Assembly (NCBI GenBank): GCA_030583785.1
Contig: CP129475.1
Span: 415,559 to 479,558, forward strand
Source of the DNA: Candidatus Dojkabacteria bacterium
GTDB taxonomy: Bacteria > Patescibacteriota > Dojkabacteria > B142 > OLB20
DNA length: 64,000 nt
Reading direction: 5' to 3'
Both the position numbers and the translations under genes were made by a program. Of this stretch, positions 1 through 8,228 are shown in pieces. The notes under the pieces are model-generated. The model was not told the DNA's origin. It saw only the letters and a list, made by a program, of their open reading frames with translations, and did not search any database. Every line of letters begins with the position of its first letter. Position 1 is the first letter of the stretch.

Positions 1-213
1 TTTAATCGCTCTTGTAATATTATCTGCCGGCATATTTGCGGCTTTAGCTTTTTCTATAGCAAGCCTAAGGGCAAAATTCATGTCAGGATCACCCCCGGCT
101 TCACTGGCCGCTATTGTGATGTTTTTTGCTAGTTTAGTAAACAAGGCTCCTCTTTTGGCATCATTTGCCCCTTTAGCCCGTTTTATTTTTGCCCATTTGG
201 AATGTCCTGACAT
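1..213 (-). CDS. YebC/PmpR family DNA-binding regulator, N-terminal part (C-terminus lies upstream of window start)
   Basis: The minus-strand translation from the ATG at 213 reads [71 protein letters not shown], the canonical YebC N-terminus (GHSKWA.IK..K...D.KR). It is below the ORF-track size cutoff because it runs off the window. Confidence 0.8.
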   Translation of the reverse strand, partial: MSGHSKWAKIKRAKGANDAKRGALFTKLAKNITIAASEAGGDPDMNFALRLAIEKAKAANMPADNITRAIK

Positions 214-240
214 TTTCTATTGAATAATAAGATATGAAGA

Positions 241-1656
241 TTATCTGACTACAGATTCACCGATAACGATTATTATATCACCTATGTGCTTCTCTTCGTA
301 CGGAGATGTTGCATAAACAAGATTTTTGCCAAAAATTCTTTCAATCTCAAAAATCGTAACTGGGTATTTTTCTGGATTTGCTACATATACTGTTGTTTGT
401 TCTGTTATATTTCTTGCATTGCCGATCTGAACGACTCTTCCTCCGCTGTTTGTGATCCATCTTGCTCGTGAATTTGCCATTCCTCTGATCCCAGATGCAT
501 TAAAGACTTCAATACGAGCCTGTTCCTTTGCAAGATTAAAATTAAACATAATGCTAGACATATCTCTATCTATGCTCTCTGTCAATGGTGAATATCTAGA
601 ATATAGTCCTTTAGACTCAAGCGGTAGTAATGAGGCACTTTGTGTATAAGCTAATTTAACTTGATCTCTTCTGATTGCCCATAGATGCCTAGCTAATGTA
701 AAGAATTCATTCTTGCTTATGTTGGTATATACATTATCTTCAATAGCTTGAAGAATTTGAGGAATATTTGCGAGTGTACGTAGTGAATCCAGATTTGCAG
801 CAAATTCGGCTAAGAATCTAGACTGTCTAGCTAATTGTGAGTCGTTTCCATACTCGTTAGCAGCAAGAAATCCAACAAATTGATCCTGATAGATTGTAAT
901 TCTACCTTTGCCCCAAGAAATATTTCTCCCCTTAGTATCCGAAACATCTTCGTCGTTTAAATCATAACGAAGATCTAAAGATACCGGATCAAAGTAACGA
1001 CCTACCTCGGAAAAGCCTTTCGTATTAGTAAGTAAGTATCGATCAATCTTAACAGCCATAAGTGATTCAACAGATCTTACTAAAATTTCGATTTCATTTC
1101 CTTTAGAATCTTTATTGTTAAGAATTGTTCGCAGATTAGAATTTTTATTAAGCCCCGGAACATAAACCTCGATGTCTGGAGAGATCATAAAGATTCCCAG
1201 CTCTGACCTTTGCGGATCAACAACTAGTAGACCTATTGCATCAACGAATCGATGTTCGTCGGAGAATTGATCTATACCTACAATCAAGGTAATGATTCGA
1301 TTAACACCATTCCATTCAACTTGCCCGGGTTCACCTTTATCAGACACCTCCCTTTTAGGAGAGAAATCATAGAAAGCTTTAACATAAGGGGCGAATGCCA
1401 GTATCAGCAATAACAAAAATACCGCAATAATTAGTTTAGGCTTATAGATGATTGAGATTATCCGGTTTTGACGAAGCCTAGTTGAAATCGTTGATCCTTT
1501 TTTTCCGGTAAGTGATTTGCTCTTTTTTTGTCTGCCTCGTTTACTTTGACGAACGATTTGATTTCTGGAGCTGGTCAGCTTCTGTTTTAATTTCTTTAGC
1601 ATTGGCAACAGTAAAAATATCGGGCAATTTTGCTTGTAGTTCGATGTCTTTACCAT
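241..1656 (-). CDS. LytR-CpsA-Psr (LCP) family cell-envelope phosphotransferase with C-terminal LytR_C domain; the true start is probably the internal Met near 1602 (MLKKLKQ), as the ORF N-terminus overlaps rluD
   Basis: There is an N-terminal TM helix, an LCP core (RIITLIVGIDQ...DAIGLLVVDP...GIFMISPDIEVYVPG...KIDRYLLTNTKGF), and a C-terminal LytR_C-like segment (ARIEVFNASGIRGMA...VIGESV). Confidence 0.65.
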   Translation of the reverse strand: MVKTSNYKQNCPIFLLLPMLKKLKQKLTSSRNQIVRQSKRGRQKKSKSLTGKKGSTISTRLRQNRIISIIYKPKLIIAVFLLLLILAFAPYVKAFYDFSPKREVSDKGEPGQVEWNGVNRIITLIVGIDQFSDEHRFVDAIGLLVVDPQRSELGIFMISPDIEVYVPGLNKNSNLRTILNNKDSKGNEIEILVRSVESLMAVKIDRYLLTNTKGFSEVGRYFDPVSLDLRYDLNDEDVSDTKGRNISWGKGRITIYQDQFVGFLAANEYGNDSQLARQSRFLAEFAANLDSLRTLANIPQILQAIEDNVYTNISKNEFFTLARHLWAIRRDQVKLAYTQSASLLPLESKGLYSRYSPLTESIDRDMSSIMFNFNLAKEQARIEVFNASGIRGMANSRARWITNSGGRVVQIGNARNITEQTTVYVANPEKYPVTIFEIERIFGKNLVYATSPYEEKHIGDIIIVIGESVVR

Positions 1657-2518
1657 CGAGCAATTTGAAACTTAACCTCCAAGCATGAAGCATAAGTCGT
1701 GCAAACTTATTACCTCTTCCGTATATATTATCACCTAGGATTGGCAAACCCAAACTACTCAGCTGCACTCTTAATTGATGAGTTCTTCCAGTTTTGGGAA
1801 TAGCCTTTACTAACGAACATGTCTTGCCATCCAGTTGGAAAACACCCAAATTATAAAAATCTGTTTCAGCGAGCTTCCCTTTTTTGTCTGCAAGGACAGT
1901 AATCTTCTTTCTATTCTGAGGATTTCTACCCAGATAGTTAACAATCTTTCTTTTTTTGCCGATATTTTTAGTAGCATCACCTGCAACAACCATCAAGTAT
2001 GTCTTTTGGATATTCCTTTCAGCAAAAGCTTTTGAATAAAACCATAATGCCTCTGTTGTTTTGCTTATCATTACCAGACCAGATGTATCTTTATCCAAAC
2101 GATGGATAAGACCGGATCGAATACTATCTCCGACAGTTTGCAGTTCGCTGTATCTATACATAACAGCATTCATCAAAGTATCCTGACTATTCCCCGCAGC
2201 CGGATGAACAACCATACCTGAGGGTTTATTTACCACCAGTAGATGCTCGTCCTCATAAACAATATCTAATTCGATATTCTGAGGTTTTAGTTGAAGAGTA
2301 TCATTAGAAATTACACTTTGATCGAATACAATAGTATCTCCTGCGCGCACTTTGTATTGTGCTTGAGTCTGAACAACGCCATTCACCATTAAGCCCTTTG
2401 CTTCAATAACTCTTTTACAAGCACTTCGACTATATCCTACGATTTTCTTGCTTAAGAATAAATCTACCCTTTGAGTTGCATCTTCAGATTTTACTGTGAA
2501 TTTTTGAAGCTCTTGCAT
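1541..2518 (-). CDS. rluD: 23S rRNA pseudouridine synthase, RluA/RluD family (S4 domain + PseudoU synthase)
   Basis: An S4-like N-terminus (RVDLFLSKKI...SRSACKRVIEAKGLMVNG) is followed by the catalytic motif HRLDKDTSGLVMISKT and C-terminal GRTHQLRVQLSSLGLPILGDNIYG. Confidence 0.85.
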   Translation of the reverse strand: MQELQKFTVKSEDATQRVDLFLSKKIVGYSRSACKRVIEAKGLMVNGVVQTQAQYKVRAGDTIVFDQSVISNDTLQLKPQNIELDIVYEDEHLLVVNKPSGMVVHPAAGNSQDTLMNAVMYRYSELQTVGDSIRSGLIHRLDKDTSGLVMISKTTEALWFYSKAFAERNIQKTYLMVVAGDATKNIGKKRKIVNYLGRNPQNRKKITVLADKKGKLAETDFYNLGVFQLDGKTCSLVKAIPKTGRTHQLRVQLSSLGLPILGDNIYGRGNKFARLMLHAWRLSFKLLDGKDIELQAKLPDIFTVANAKEIKTEADQLQKSNRSSK

Positions 2519-2927
2519 TTGCTAAAGATAACATTAGAAAAAGTCCTAAGGCCGAAGTTATATATACATCAGCGAGATTAAACCAAGGGAATGAACCAAT
2601 TGCTATGAAGTCTACTACACCTCCGTAGGCTAGACGATCAAAAAGATTCGAGAAAGCTCCCGATAACAATAACAACATGACTATCCATAACCACTTTGCT
2701 CCAATTGTACTGCGACTCTGAAATATTATGATAATTGAGATTAATAATCCAAAAACACTAAAAATCATTGCCTGCGTATTGTCTTGAGTTCCTATTCCAA
2801 GTGCTAAAGATTGATTGATGGTGTAATCAAGATGTTCAATTGCAATAAGTTTTAACAAGCGATCGGCAATGAATAAAATGCTAATAACAGAAAATAGATA
2901 ATTCTTGTTAATTGGAATCTTTGCCAT
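2484..2927 (-). CDS. lspA: Lipoprotein signal peptidase II; start taken at internal Met (MAKIPINKN) because the longer ORF (to 3011) overlaps the upstream gene
   Basis: Conserved LspA motifs are present: NLFDRLAYGGVVDFIAIGSFPWFNLADVYIT, plus 4 TM segments. Confidence 0.8.
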   Translation of the reverse strand: MAKIPINKNYLFSVISILFIADRLLKLIAIEHLDYTINQSLALGIGTQDNTQAMIFSVFGLLISIIIIFQSRSTIGAKWLWIVMLLLLSGAFSNLFDRLAYGGVVDFIAIGSFPWFNLADVYITSALGLFLMLSLANARASKIHSKI

Positions 2928-3918
2928 CTGCTTCTTGTCTAAGTTTATCTCCAAACGACAATATAAACCGATCCCTACCTGCAGTTTTGCCGAAAGAAGA
3001 CTCTGTTTCAATATTCTGATTCAATTTGGCTCGCTCCCTTGCCCTACTGGCACGATCTTGATTAATGAATTGTGCCTCTGCTACTGACCTACTTCTCTTG
3101 AGTCCACCGAAAGATTTATTTATCGTTCGATTCTCAAGAATATTTCCGATAAGAAGGATTAGCCCAACAAAGAACACTACAACTGCAATCAGCTGATGAT
3201 AATCAAGTATTTCGTAAAACGAAGGTTGATAATTGGCTGTTATTGTGCGCAGGTTAAGTTCAGAAACTGAAAATATCAGAAAGAATATTATTGACAACAT
3301 TCCCTGTTTATTAGCAAATACACGCCAAGTAAGCCCTGAGAAAACCAGGAATATTGTAATTATTGAAAATTGAATCAGCTGTATAGAATACCTGACCGTA
3401 CCATCTGCATATCTAATACCAAGTATACTTTCGGTCAATTCTCCTGCTGCATATCCATGGATAAAAAGCCCGATAAGTAAAAACAGATTTGCAAAAGCGT
3501 AACTCAGTACCAATTTATCAAACAATAGAAAAACGGTTTTCTTCTGATTAGAGTTCTTATAGATAATTAACATACCAATTACAAGCCCAAGAAAAATTCC
3601 AATATAAGAGAAGTTTCCGTCATTAAACCTAAAAAATGACCATGGTAGCTGATATAAAAGCCTTAATCCTTCTGAGGTTTCGTTGAGTGGCAGCAAACCT
3701 ACGCCCCTCTCGAGATATGTTTCAAGATTAAGAAGCATCCCTAGCAAACGAGAAGAAATAACTGCTGAAATAATATTTAAGAAGGCAATATCAAAGATTG
3801 TATTTGCTTTTAGATCTTTCCTTGTAAATAACCAAAACGAAAGTATATAAGCAACAAAGAAGACAAAGATAAAAACATATATTAAATATTGTGGCGCATC
3901 TAAACTAATCGGACTCAT
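2908..3918 (-). CDS. Polytopic membrane protein, weakly Lgt-like (prolipoprotein diacylglyceryl transferase?), located immediately upstream of lspA
   Basis: It has 7+ predicted TM helices. The segment LRLLYQLPWSFFRFNDGNFSYIGIFLGLVIG loosely resembles the Lgt region L.LFRVWDGGMSFHGGLIG but with His to Tyr, and the GRLGNF motif is not evident. Context with lspA is suggestive only. Confidence 0.3.
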   Translation of the reverse strand: MSPISLDAPQYLIYVFIFVFFVAYILSFWLFTRKDLKANTIFDIAFLNIISAVISSRLLGMLLNLETYLERGVGLLPLNETSEGLRLLYQLPWSFFRFNDGNFSYIGIFLGLVIGMLIIYKNSNQKKTVFLLFDKLVLSYAFANLFLLIGLFIHGYAAGELTESILGIRYADGTVRYSIQLIQFSIITIFLVFSGLTWRVFANKQGMLSIIFFLIFSVSELNLRTITANYQPSFYEILDYHQLIAVVVFFVGLILLIGNILENRTINKSFGGLKRSRSVAEAQFINQDRASRARERAKLNQNIETESSFGKTAGRDRFILSFGDKLRQEADGKDSN

Positions 3919-3948
3919 ATTGTTTATGCTTATAGTATATCTTAACAG

Positions 3949-5223
3949 CTAGAAGTTGATATTTGCTGTTAAATTCGAGAAATCAGTATTTGCAGGAGCT
4001 AGAGTGGCAATTAGCATTTCCTTACCTTCCAGCATTTCTCTCCATGCATCTATCACACTGTTCCTATTCTCAGAATTTAGCCTATTAATGTACTCATCCA
4101 CCGAAAGTAATTCGTCTTTTAATAATTTTTGAAGTCCGAACCATACGGCTATGTCTTCTGCAGCTTCGAGATCGGTTGTCATCGATCCCAGTAGGTAGTT
4201 TCTAGCTCTTTCAAAATCTTTGTCCGAAAAATCTCCTTTGATCAGCGATTCTAGCTCGGTCAATATTGCTTCAATTGCCTTTTTAGCATTTTTTTTATCT
4301 GTTCCTAGAGCTATCGAGTACCTGCCTGTGTCGGCATAACTAGAAATAGATGCTCCGATATAATATGCGAGCCCTAGTTCGTCCCTAATCTTTTGAAACA
4401 ATTTTGATCCGAATCCATAACTCAATATTGAATTACCAATTTGTAAAGCATACTTATTCTTTGAGTTTCGTCTTGGAGCATATCCTCCCATAACAATATG
4501 TGCTTGTTCCAGATCCTTATTTTCAACCACAAAATTATTGCTGATTCTATGGTTTGAAAAATGTTGCGGCTCAATTGTTTGTCCTTGTGGTAAGGAACCA
4601 AAATGGATCTCACAGAGTTCTTCTGCAAGTTCCTTATCAAAATTTCCAGCAATACTGATTAACAGATTTGCTTTTGTGTAGTACTTCTCGGCGAACAATC
4701 TTAGTTGCTCTCGGCTAGTTGCCTTTACGGTTTCTTGCGTTCCTGCAATATTTCTTCCCAAAGGGTGTCTTGCAAACAAGTTCTCCGTAAAAATTTCGCT
4801 AACCCTGGATCTTGGCAAGTCGTTATACATCTTTATTTCTTCACAAATAACGCCCTTCTCTTTTTCTATTTCACTTTCAGTAAAGAGTGGCGAATTAATC
4901 ATATCTGCTAAGATTTCAAAGCTTTTCTCGAAATTATCCTTTGGAATTTTTATGTAGTAACCTGTGTAGTCATATGAGGTAAAGGCATTAGAAGTCCCGC
5001 CGAGTAGTTCGATTTCCATACCAATAATCTTGCTTGTTGGGTATCTTTTAGATCCCTTAAATAGTGTATGCTCCACAAAGTGAGCGATCCCAGCCTCTGC
5101 ATCAGTTTCGTATCTGGATCCTACGCCTGCAAGAACCACTATCGCAACTGAAGGACTGGTATTATTATCTACTAAGAGAGTTCTGACACCGGATTTAGTA
5201 ATTTTGAAATCTGGTTTCATCAA
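3949..5223 (-). CDS. M16 family (insulinase/pitrilysin-like) zinc peptidase
   Basis: It carries the inverted zinc motif HFVEHTLFKGS (HxxEH), downstream Glu-rich region EEIKMYNDLP, and typical M16 two-domain length (424 aa). Confidence 0.85.
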   Translation of the reverse strand: MMKPDFKITKSGVRTLLVDNNTSPSVAIVVLAGVGSRYETDAEAGIAHFVEHTLFKGSKRYPTSKIIGMEIELLGGTSNAFTSYDYTGYYIKIPKDNFEKSFEILADMINSPLFTESEIEKEKGVICEEIKMYNDLPRSRVSEIFTENLFARHPLGRNIAGTQETVKATSREQLRLFAEKYYTKANLLISIAGNFDKELAEELCEIHFGSLPQGQTIEPQHFSNHRISNNFVVENKDLEQAHIVMGGYAPRRNSKNKYALQIGNSILSYGFGSKLFQKIRDELGLAYYIGASISSYADTGRYSIALGTDKKNAKKAIEAILTELESLIKGDFSDKDFERARNYLLGSMTTDLEAAEDIAVWFGLQKLLKDELLSVDEYINRLNSENRNSVIDAWREMLEGKEMLIATLAPANTDFSNLTANINF

Positions 5224-5226
5224 TGA

Positions 5227-5904
5227 TTACTTCCTTCTCTTCTTTTTTCTTTTCTTTTTATGTTTTTGGGAAGAGTCATCTATGGAGGGTTGATCTAACT
5301 TAACTGGAAGTGATGCTTCTAGATCTGTGCTTTGCTCAACTTTTTTTGTACTTTTTTTCGCGACACTCTTAATTTTGGCCGCAACAGCTTTAAGCTTTCC
5401 ATTAACACTTGATATTATTGTTCTTCCGGTAATAGACCTTACTGGTTTATCGGCATCTGCTGACTGAATATCTGCTCTACTTACAACTTGTTTTTGAGAG
5501 TCATCTGAAAGGAAGCTAACATCTATCTTCATTTCAGAATCGTTATCTGAGGCGATTCGTTTTGGATTGATTTTTAATTCGAAACTCATTACTACTCCAT
5601 TTTCTCCGGTGAAATTGACGATTGGAACATTGACCCCTCCATCAATCCAGTCCTCAAAATCTTCGATAGTAGCAGGTCTGATTAAGAGGTAAACAAAAAG
5701 GAACGGGAACTGAAGTAAGAAGTTAGCTACCGCAATCACTATTGAAACCCAGCGTCTTTTGAATCTTTTCTGGGCATCGGCATACACCCACATGCTTACT
5801 ACCAGCCAAAGGATAGCTAAATAAAGAAAAACAGCAGGAATAATCAGATCTTGATAAGGAACATCTGAATTTAAGTCTAAGAATTGTAGTAACGCTTCAA
5901 CCAT
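5227..5904 (-). CDS. Hypothetical membrane protein (2 N-terminal TM helices) with extremely Lys/Arg-rich C-terminal tail
   Basis: Hydrophobic stretches IIPAVFLYLAILWLVVSMWVY and IVIAVANFLLQFPFLFVYLLI are followed by a C-terminal KHKKKRKKKRRK. No recognised family. Confidence 0.4.
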   Translation of the reverse strand: MVEALLQFLDLNSDVPYQDLIIPAVFLYLAILWLVVSMWVYADAQKRFKRRWVSIVIAVANFLLQFPFLFVYLLIRPATIEDFEDWIDGGVNVPIVNFTGENGVVMSFELKINPKRIASDNDSEMKIDVSFLSDDSQKQVVSRADIQSADADKPVRSITGRTIISSVNGKLKAVAAKIKSVAKKSTKKVEQSTDLEASLPVKLDQPSIDDSSQKHKKKRKKKRRK

Positions 5905-5929
5905 GATTTCAAAAAATAATATTTAGCAA

Positions 5930-6493
5930 TTACACTCTACCTAAATACTCGTATGTTTGTGTGTTGATTTTAATAATTTCTCCTTCTTTTAGGAAAAGTG
6001 GGACTTTGATTTGCAATCCGGTTTCCATAACCGCATTCTTTAAGGCGTTTTGAGCTGTGTTTCCAGCTACTGCAGGATCTGTTGTTTGAATTTTTAGATC
6101 TACAGTTTTTGGCAGTTCGATACTCACTGGGATTCCATCGATATACAAAGTAATAACTTTAGATCCTTCGATCATGAAGAGAAGTTCGTCTTGGATTTGT
6201 TCAACTGGGAGCTCGAACTGAGAGAAGTCCTCGTTACTCATAAAGTATGCATTTGAATCATCTGCATACAAGAACTGTGCTGATTGTTTTGCAACATCTG
6301 CCTCCTGGACACTTTGTTCGTTTGTGAAAGTTTTCTCCGTAATAACGCCGTTTTCAATATCTCTTACTTTAAGCCGGATAGTTGCTTGGCCTCTTCCCTT
6401 TTTAATATGCTGATATTTTAATACTACATATTTACGATCATCAAGTTCAAAGACTGAACCGTTTCTTAAAGCATTAGATGCGATAGTTCCCAT
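5930..6493 (-). CDS. efp: Translation elongation factor P; start set at MGTIASN (the longer ORF to 6625 runs through a tRNA gene)
   Basis: MGTIASNALRNGSVFELDDRKYVVLKYQHIKKGRGQATIRLKVRDIENG matches the EF-P N-terminal KOW-like domain and the protein is 188 aa. The loop reads KKGRGQA where E. coli has KPGKGQA. Confidence 0.85.
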   Translation of the reverse strand: MGTIASNALRNGSVFELDDRKYVVLKYQHIKKGRGQATIRLKVRDIENGVITEKTFTNEQSVQEADVAKQSAQFLYADDSNAYFMSNEDFSQFELPVEQIQDELLFMIEGSKVITLYIDGIPVSIELPKTVDLKIQTTDPAVAGNTAQNALKNAVMETGLQIKVPLFLKEGEIIKINTQTYEYLGRV

Positions 6494-6517
6494 AGAATTT
6501 TTTAAATTTATTAAAAA

Positions 6518-6603
6518 TGCTGGTGGTGGGGGTCGAACCCACACGCGGGGTAAGCCGCACGGGATTTTGAGTCCCGCGTGTCTGCCAATTCCACCACACC
6601 AGC
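6518..6603 (-). tRNA. tRNA-Leu(CAA), type II (long variable arm); 3' CCA not encoded
   Basis: The minus-strand read is GCTGGTG-TG-GTGGAATTGGCAGACAC-G-CGGGA-CTCAAAA-TCCCG-TGCGGCTTACCCCGCGTG-TGGGT-TCGACCC-CCCAC-CACCAGC-A. It has a 7-bp acceptor stem, a 5-bp anticodon stem and anticodon CAA. The discriminator A is followed by TTT, not CCA. Confidence 0.85.
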
Positions 6604-6663
6604 AAGAATTAAGCAGTGTTTGCAAGGATTATAAGTGATGAGTAGGAAAAAGACAAAACGAAA

Positions 6664-7077
6664 CTACCCTTTTTTTGTTCCCATCTCTCGGTTATACATC
6701 GGCATTCGTGTTAGCTGTCCTGCTATACGCTGCAAAGCATTTTTTCTGGCAGCAATTCCACTTTTTAAGCCTCCTATTGCTTCTTTTACATTTGCAAGCC
6801 CTTCTTTAATTTGGGCAATTCTGGAAACAAGAGTTTTTCGGTCTGCAGAAAACTTGGAGAGTTGATCCATTAACTGTTTTCTAGCCTCAGGTGGAATATT
6901 GCCAGCCAACCTATCTCGAACCTGACCAATGGCATTATCGATTGCTGCTTTGCTTCCTTCCATTTGAGAAAGTGCCTTGAGCATACTCTCGCGTTGCGCC
7001 TCTACATTAGATTTCTGAGATTCTGCTCGTAATATTTCTGATCGAAGTTGTGATATTTGAGGTGCCCCACCTGCCAT
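6664..7077 (-). CDS. Hypothetical small basic coiled-coil protein
   Basis: The 137-aa sequence is Ala/Gln/Arg-rich with heptad-like repeats (ISQLRSEILRAESQKSNVEAQRESMLKAL...). No recognisable motif. Confidence 0.4.
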   Translation of the reverse strand: MAGGAPQISQLRSEILRAESQKSNVEAQRESMLKALSQMEGSKAAIDNAIGQVRDRLAGNIPPEARKQLMDQLSKFSADRKTLVSRIAQIKEGLANVKEAIGGLKSGIAARKNALQRIAGQLTRMPMYNREMGTKKG

Positions 7078-7098
7078 ATAATGTGAACTAACTCAAAA

Positions 7099-7449
7099 TT
7101 AAACTTCGGTATTATCAGAGTTTTGTTTCTGTAGATAATCGTTTCTAAATTGGACCAGGACTTGAAGAATTTGATTTTCTAAATCGGGTATGCTTTCAAC
7201 CAGATAATTAAGTAACCCATCTTGTGCAGCACCTTTTTCGACAAGTTTATCAAATTCACCTTTTTGCTCTGCGGTAAGCATTGGCTCAAAATAATCTACG
7301 AGATTATCGCCAAATATATCGTACAGTCTTGATGACTCTTGATTCAAAAAGTCCATATCGATATCGTCACCGTGCTTTTCTTGAACAAGCTGCATCATAA
7401 AACTAAGGACATTTTGGTCTTTAGGATCGGAATTATTTGAATTGGTCAT
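7099..7449 (-). CDS. Hypothetical small acidic protein
   Basis: It is 116 aa with many Asp/Glu and lies 21 bp upstream of the 6664..7077 gene on the same strand. No recognisable motif. Confidence 0.4.
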   Translation of the reverse strand: MTNSNNSDPKDQNVLSFMMQLVQEKHGDDIDMDFLNQESSRLYDIFGDNLVDYFEPMLTAEQKGEFDKLVEKGAAQDGLLNYLVESIPDLENQILQVLVQFRNDYLQKQNSDNTEV

Positions 7450-7553
7450 CTGAAAACTAATAAAGTATTTTTAATTTTACTCTATGCGATCAAGAAATGA
7501 AAATCCAGAATTGACTTCTACCAGGTCAATGACTACATTATATTAGGCTAATA

Positions 7554-8225
7554 ATGTTTTTGAAGTATAAAAAATACCTAACAAACTTTTTTTATTTCGC
7601 TGCCGGTTTAAGTTTGCTGGTAAGTATTGTATTAGTTGTTTGGCTTCTGCAAAAGACAGACGGAAATATTTTAGGACTCCATTGGTGCAACGGCATATCT
7701 CCCTGTACAGAAGGTCCGCAACCCCCCGTAACAGTTACTGCATTCATACGAATTGTAGATGTTAAATTCACTGTTTATCCCGAAAAAAGGGAGCCTGCAA
7801 TTGGAAACTGGGCTACCATAGCCGATGTTAGACTTCAAGATTGCAACAATTCAAACAATTTCACTTATAATGCCATTGTCACAAATTCAATTGGTAAGGG
7901 CACGGTTGTGATCCCCTCTTCTAATCCTTTACCTGAAGGTGACTATAGATTTTTCATTCGTGGTTTTTCTCATCTAAACGAAGAATTCAACTGTTATACA
8001 TTAGATACTATCGGACCAGATATTGACCTGACACTTGAAGGCAAAGAGCTTCTTGCGGGCGAGGTTAGTAACAGTTATGATAATTATGTAAATTCCCTAG
8101 ATATGTCTGTGCTTATAGGTAAGCTGTTTACTAATGACTACAAAAGCGATCTTAATCAAGATACTTTGGTAAATGGCCTTGATTTTGGCAACCAAATTTA
8201 CAACCTATTTAAAAATGGCGACTAA
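7554..8225 (+). CDS. Membrane-anchored secreted protein with C-terminal dockerin-like module
   Basis: An N-terminal TM anchor (FFYFAAGLSLLVSIVLVVWLL) is followed by a beta-rich region and a C-terminal duplicated segment (SYDNYVNSLDMSVLIGKLF ... SDLNQDTLVNGLDFGNQIYNLF) matching the dockerin repeat pattern D.N.D..VN..D...L...L. Confidence 0.5.
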   Translation: MFLKYKKYLTNFFYFAAGLSLLVSIVLVVWLLQKTDGNILGLHWCNGISPCTEGPQPPVTVTAFIRIVDVKFTVYPEKREPAIGNWATIADVRLQDCNNSNNFTYNAIVTNSIGKGTVVIPSSNPLPEGDYRFFIRGFSHLNEEFNCYTLDTIGPDIDLTLEGKELLAGEVSNSYDNYVNSLDMSVLIGKLFTNDYKSDLNQDTLVNGLDFGNQIYNLFKNGD

Positions 8226-8228
8226 TCG

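Noticed and set aside
6494-6625. N-terminal 44 codons of the 231-aa ORF 5930..6625
   Set aside because: This stretch overlaps tRNA-Leu(CAA) completely. The EF-P homology begins at the internal Met (MGTIASN), so the extension is non-coding.
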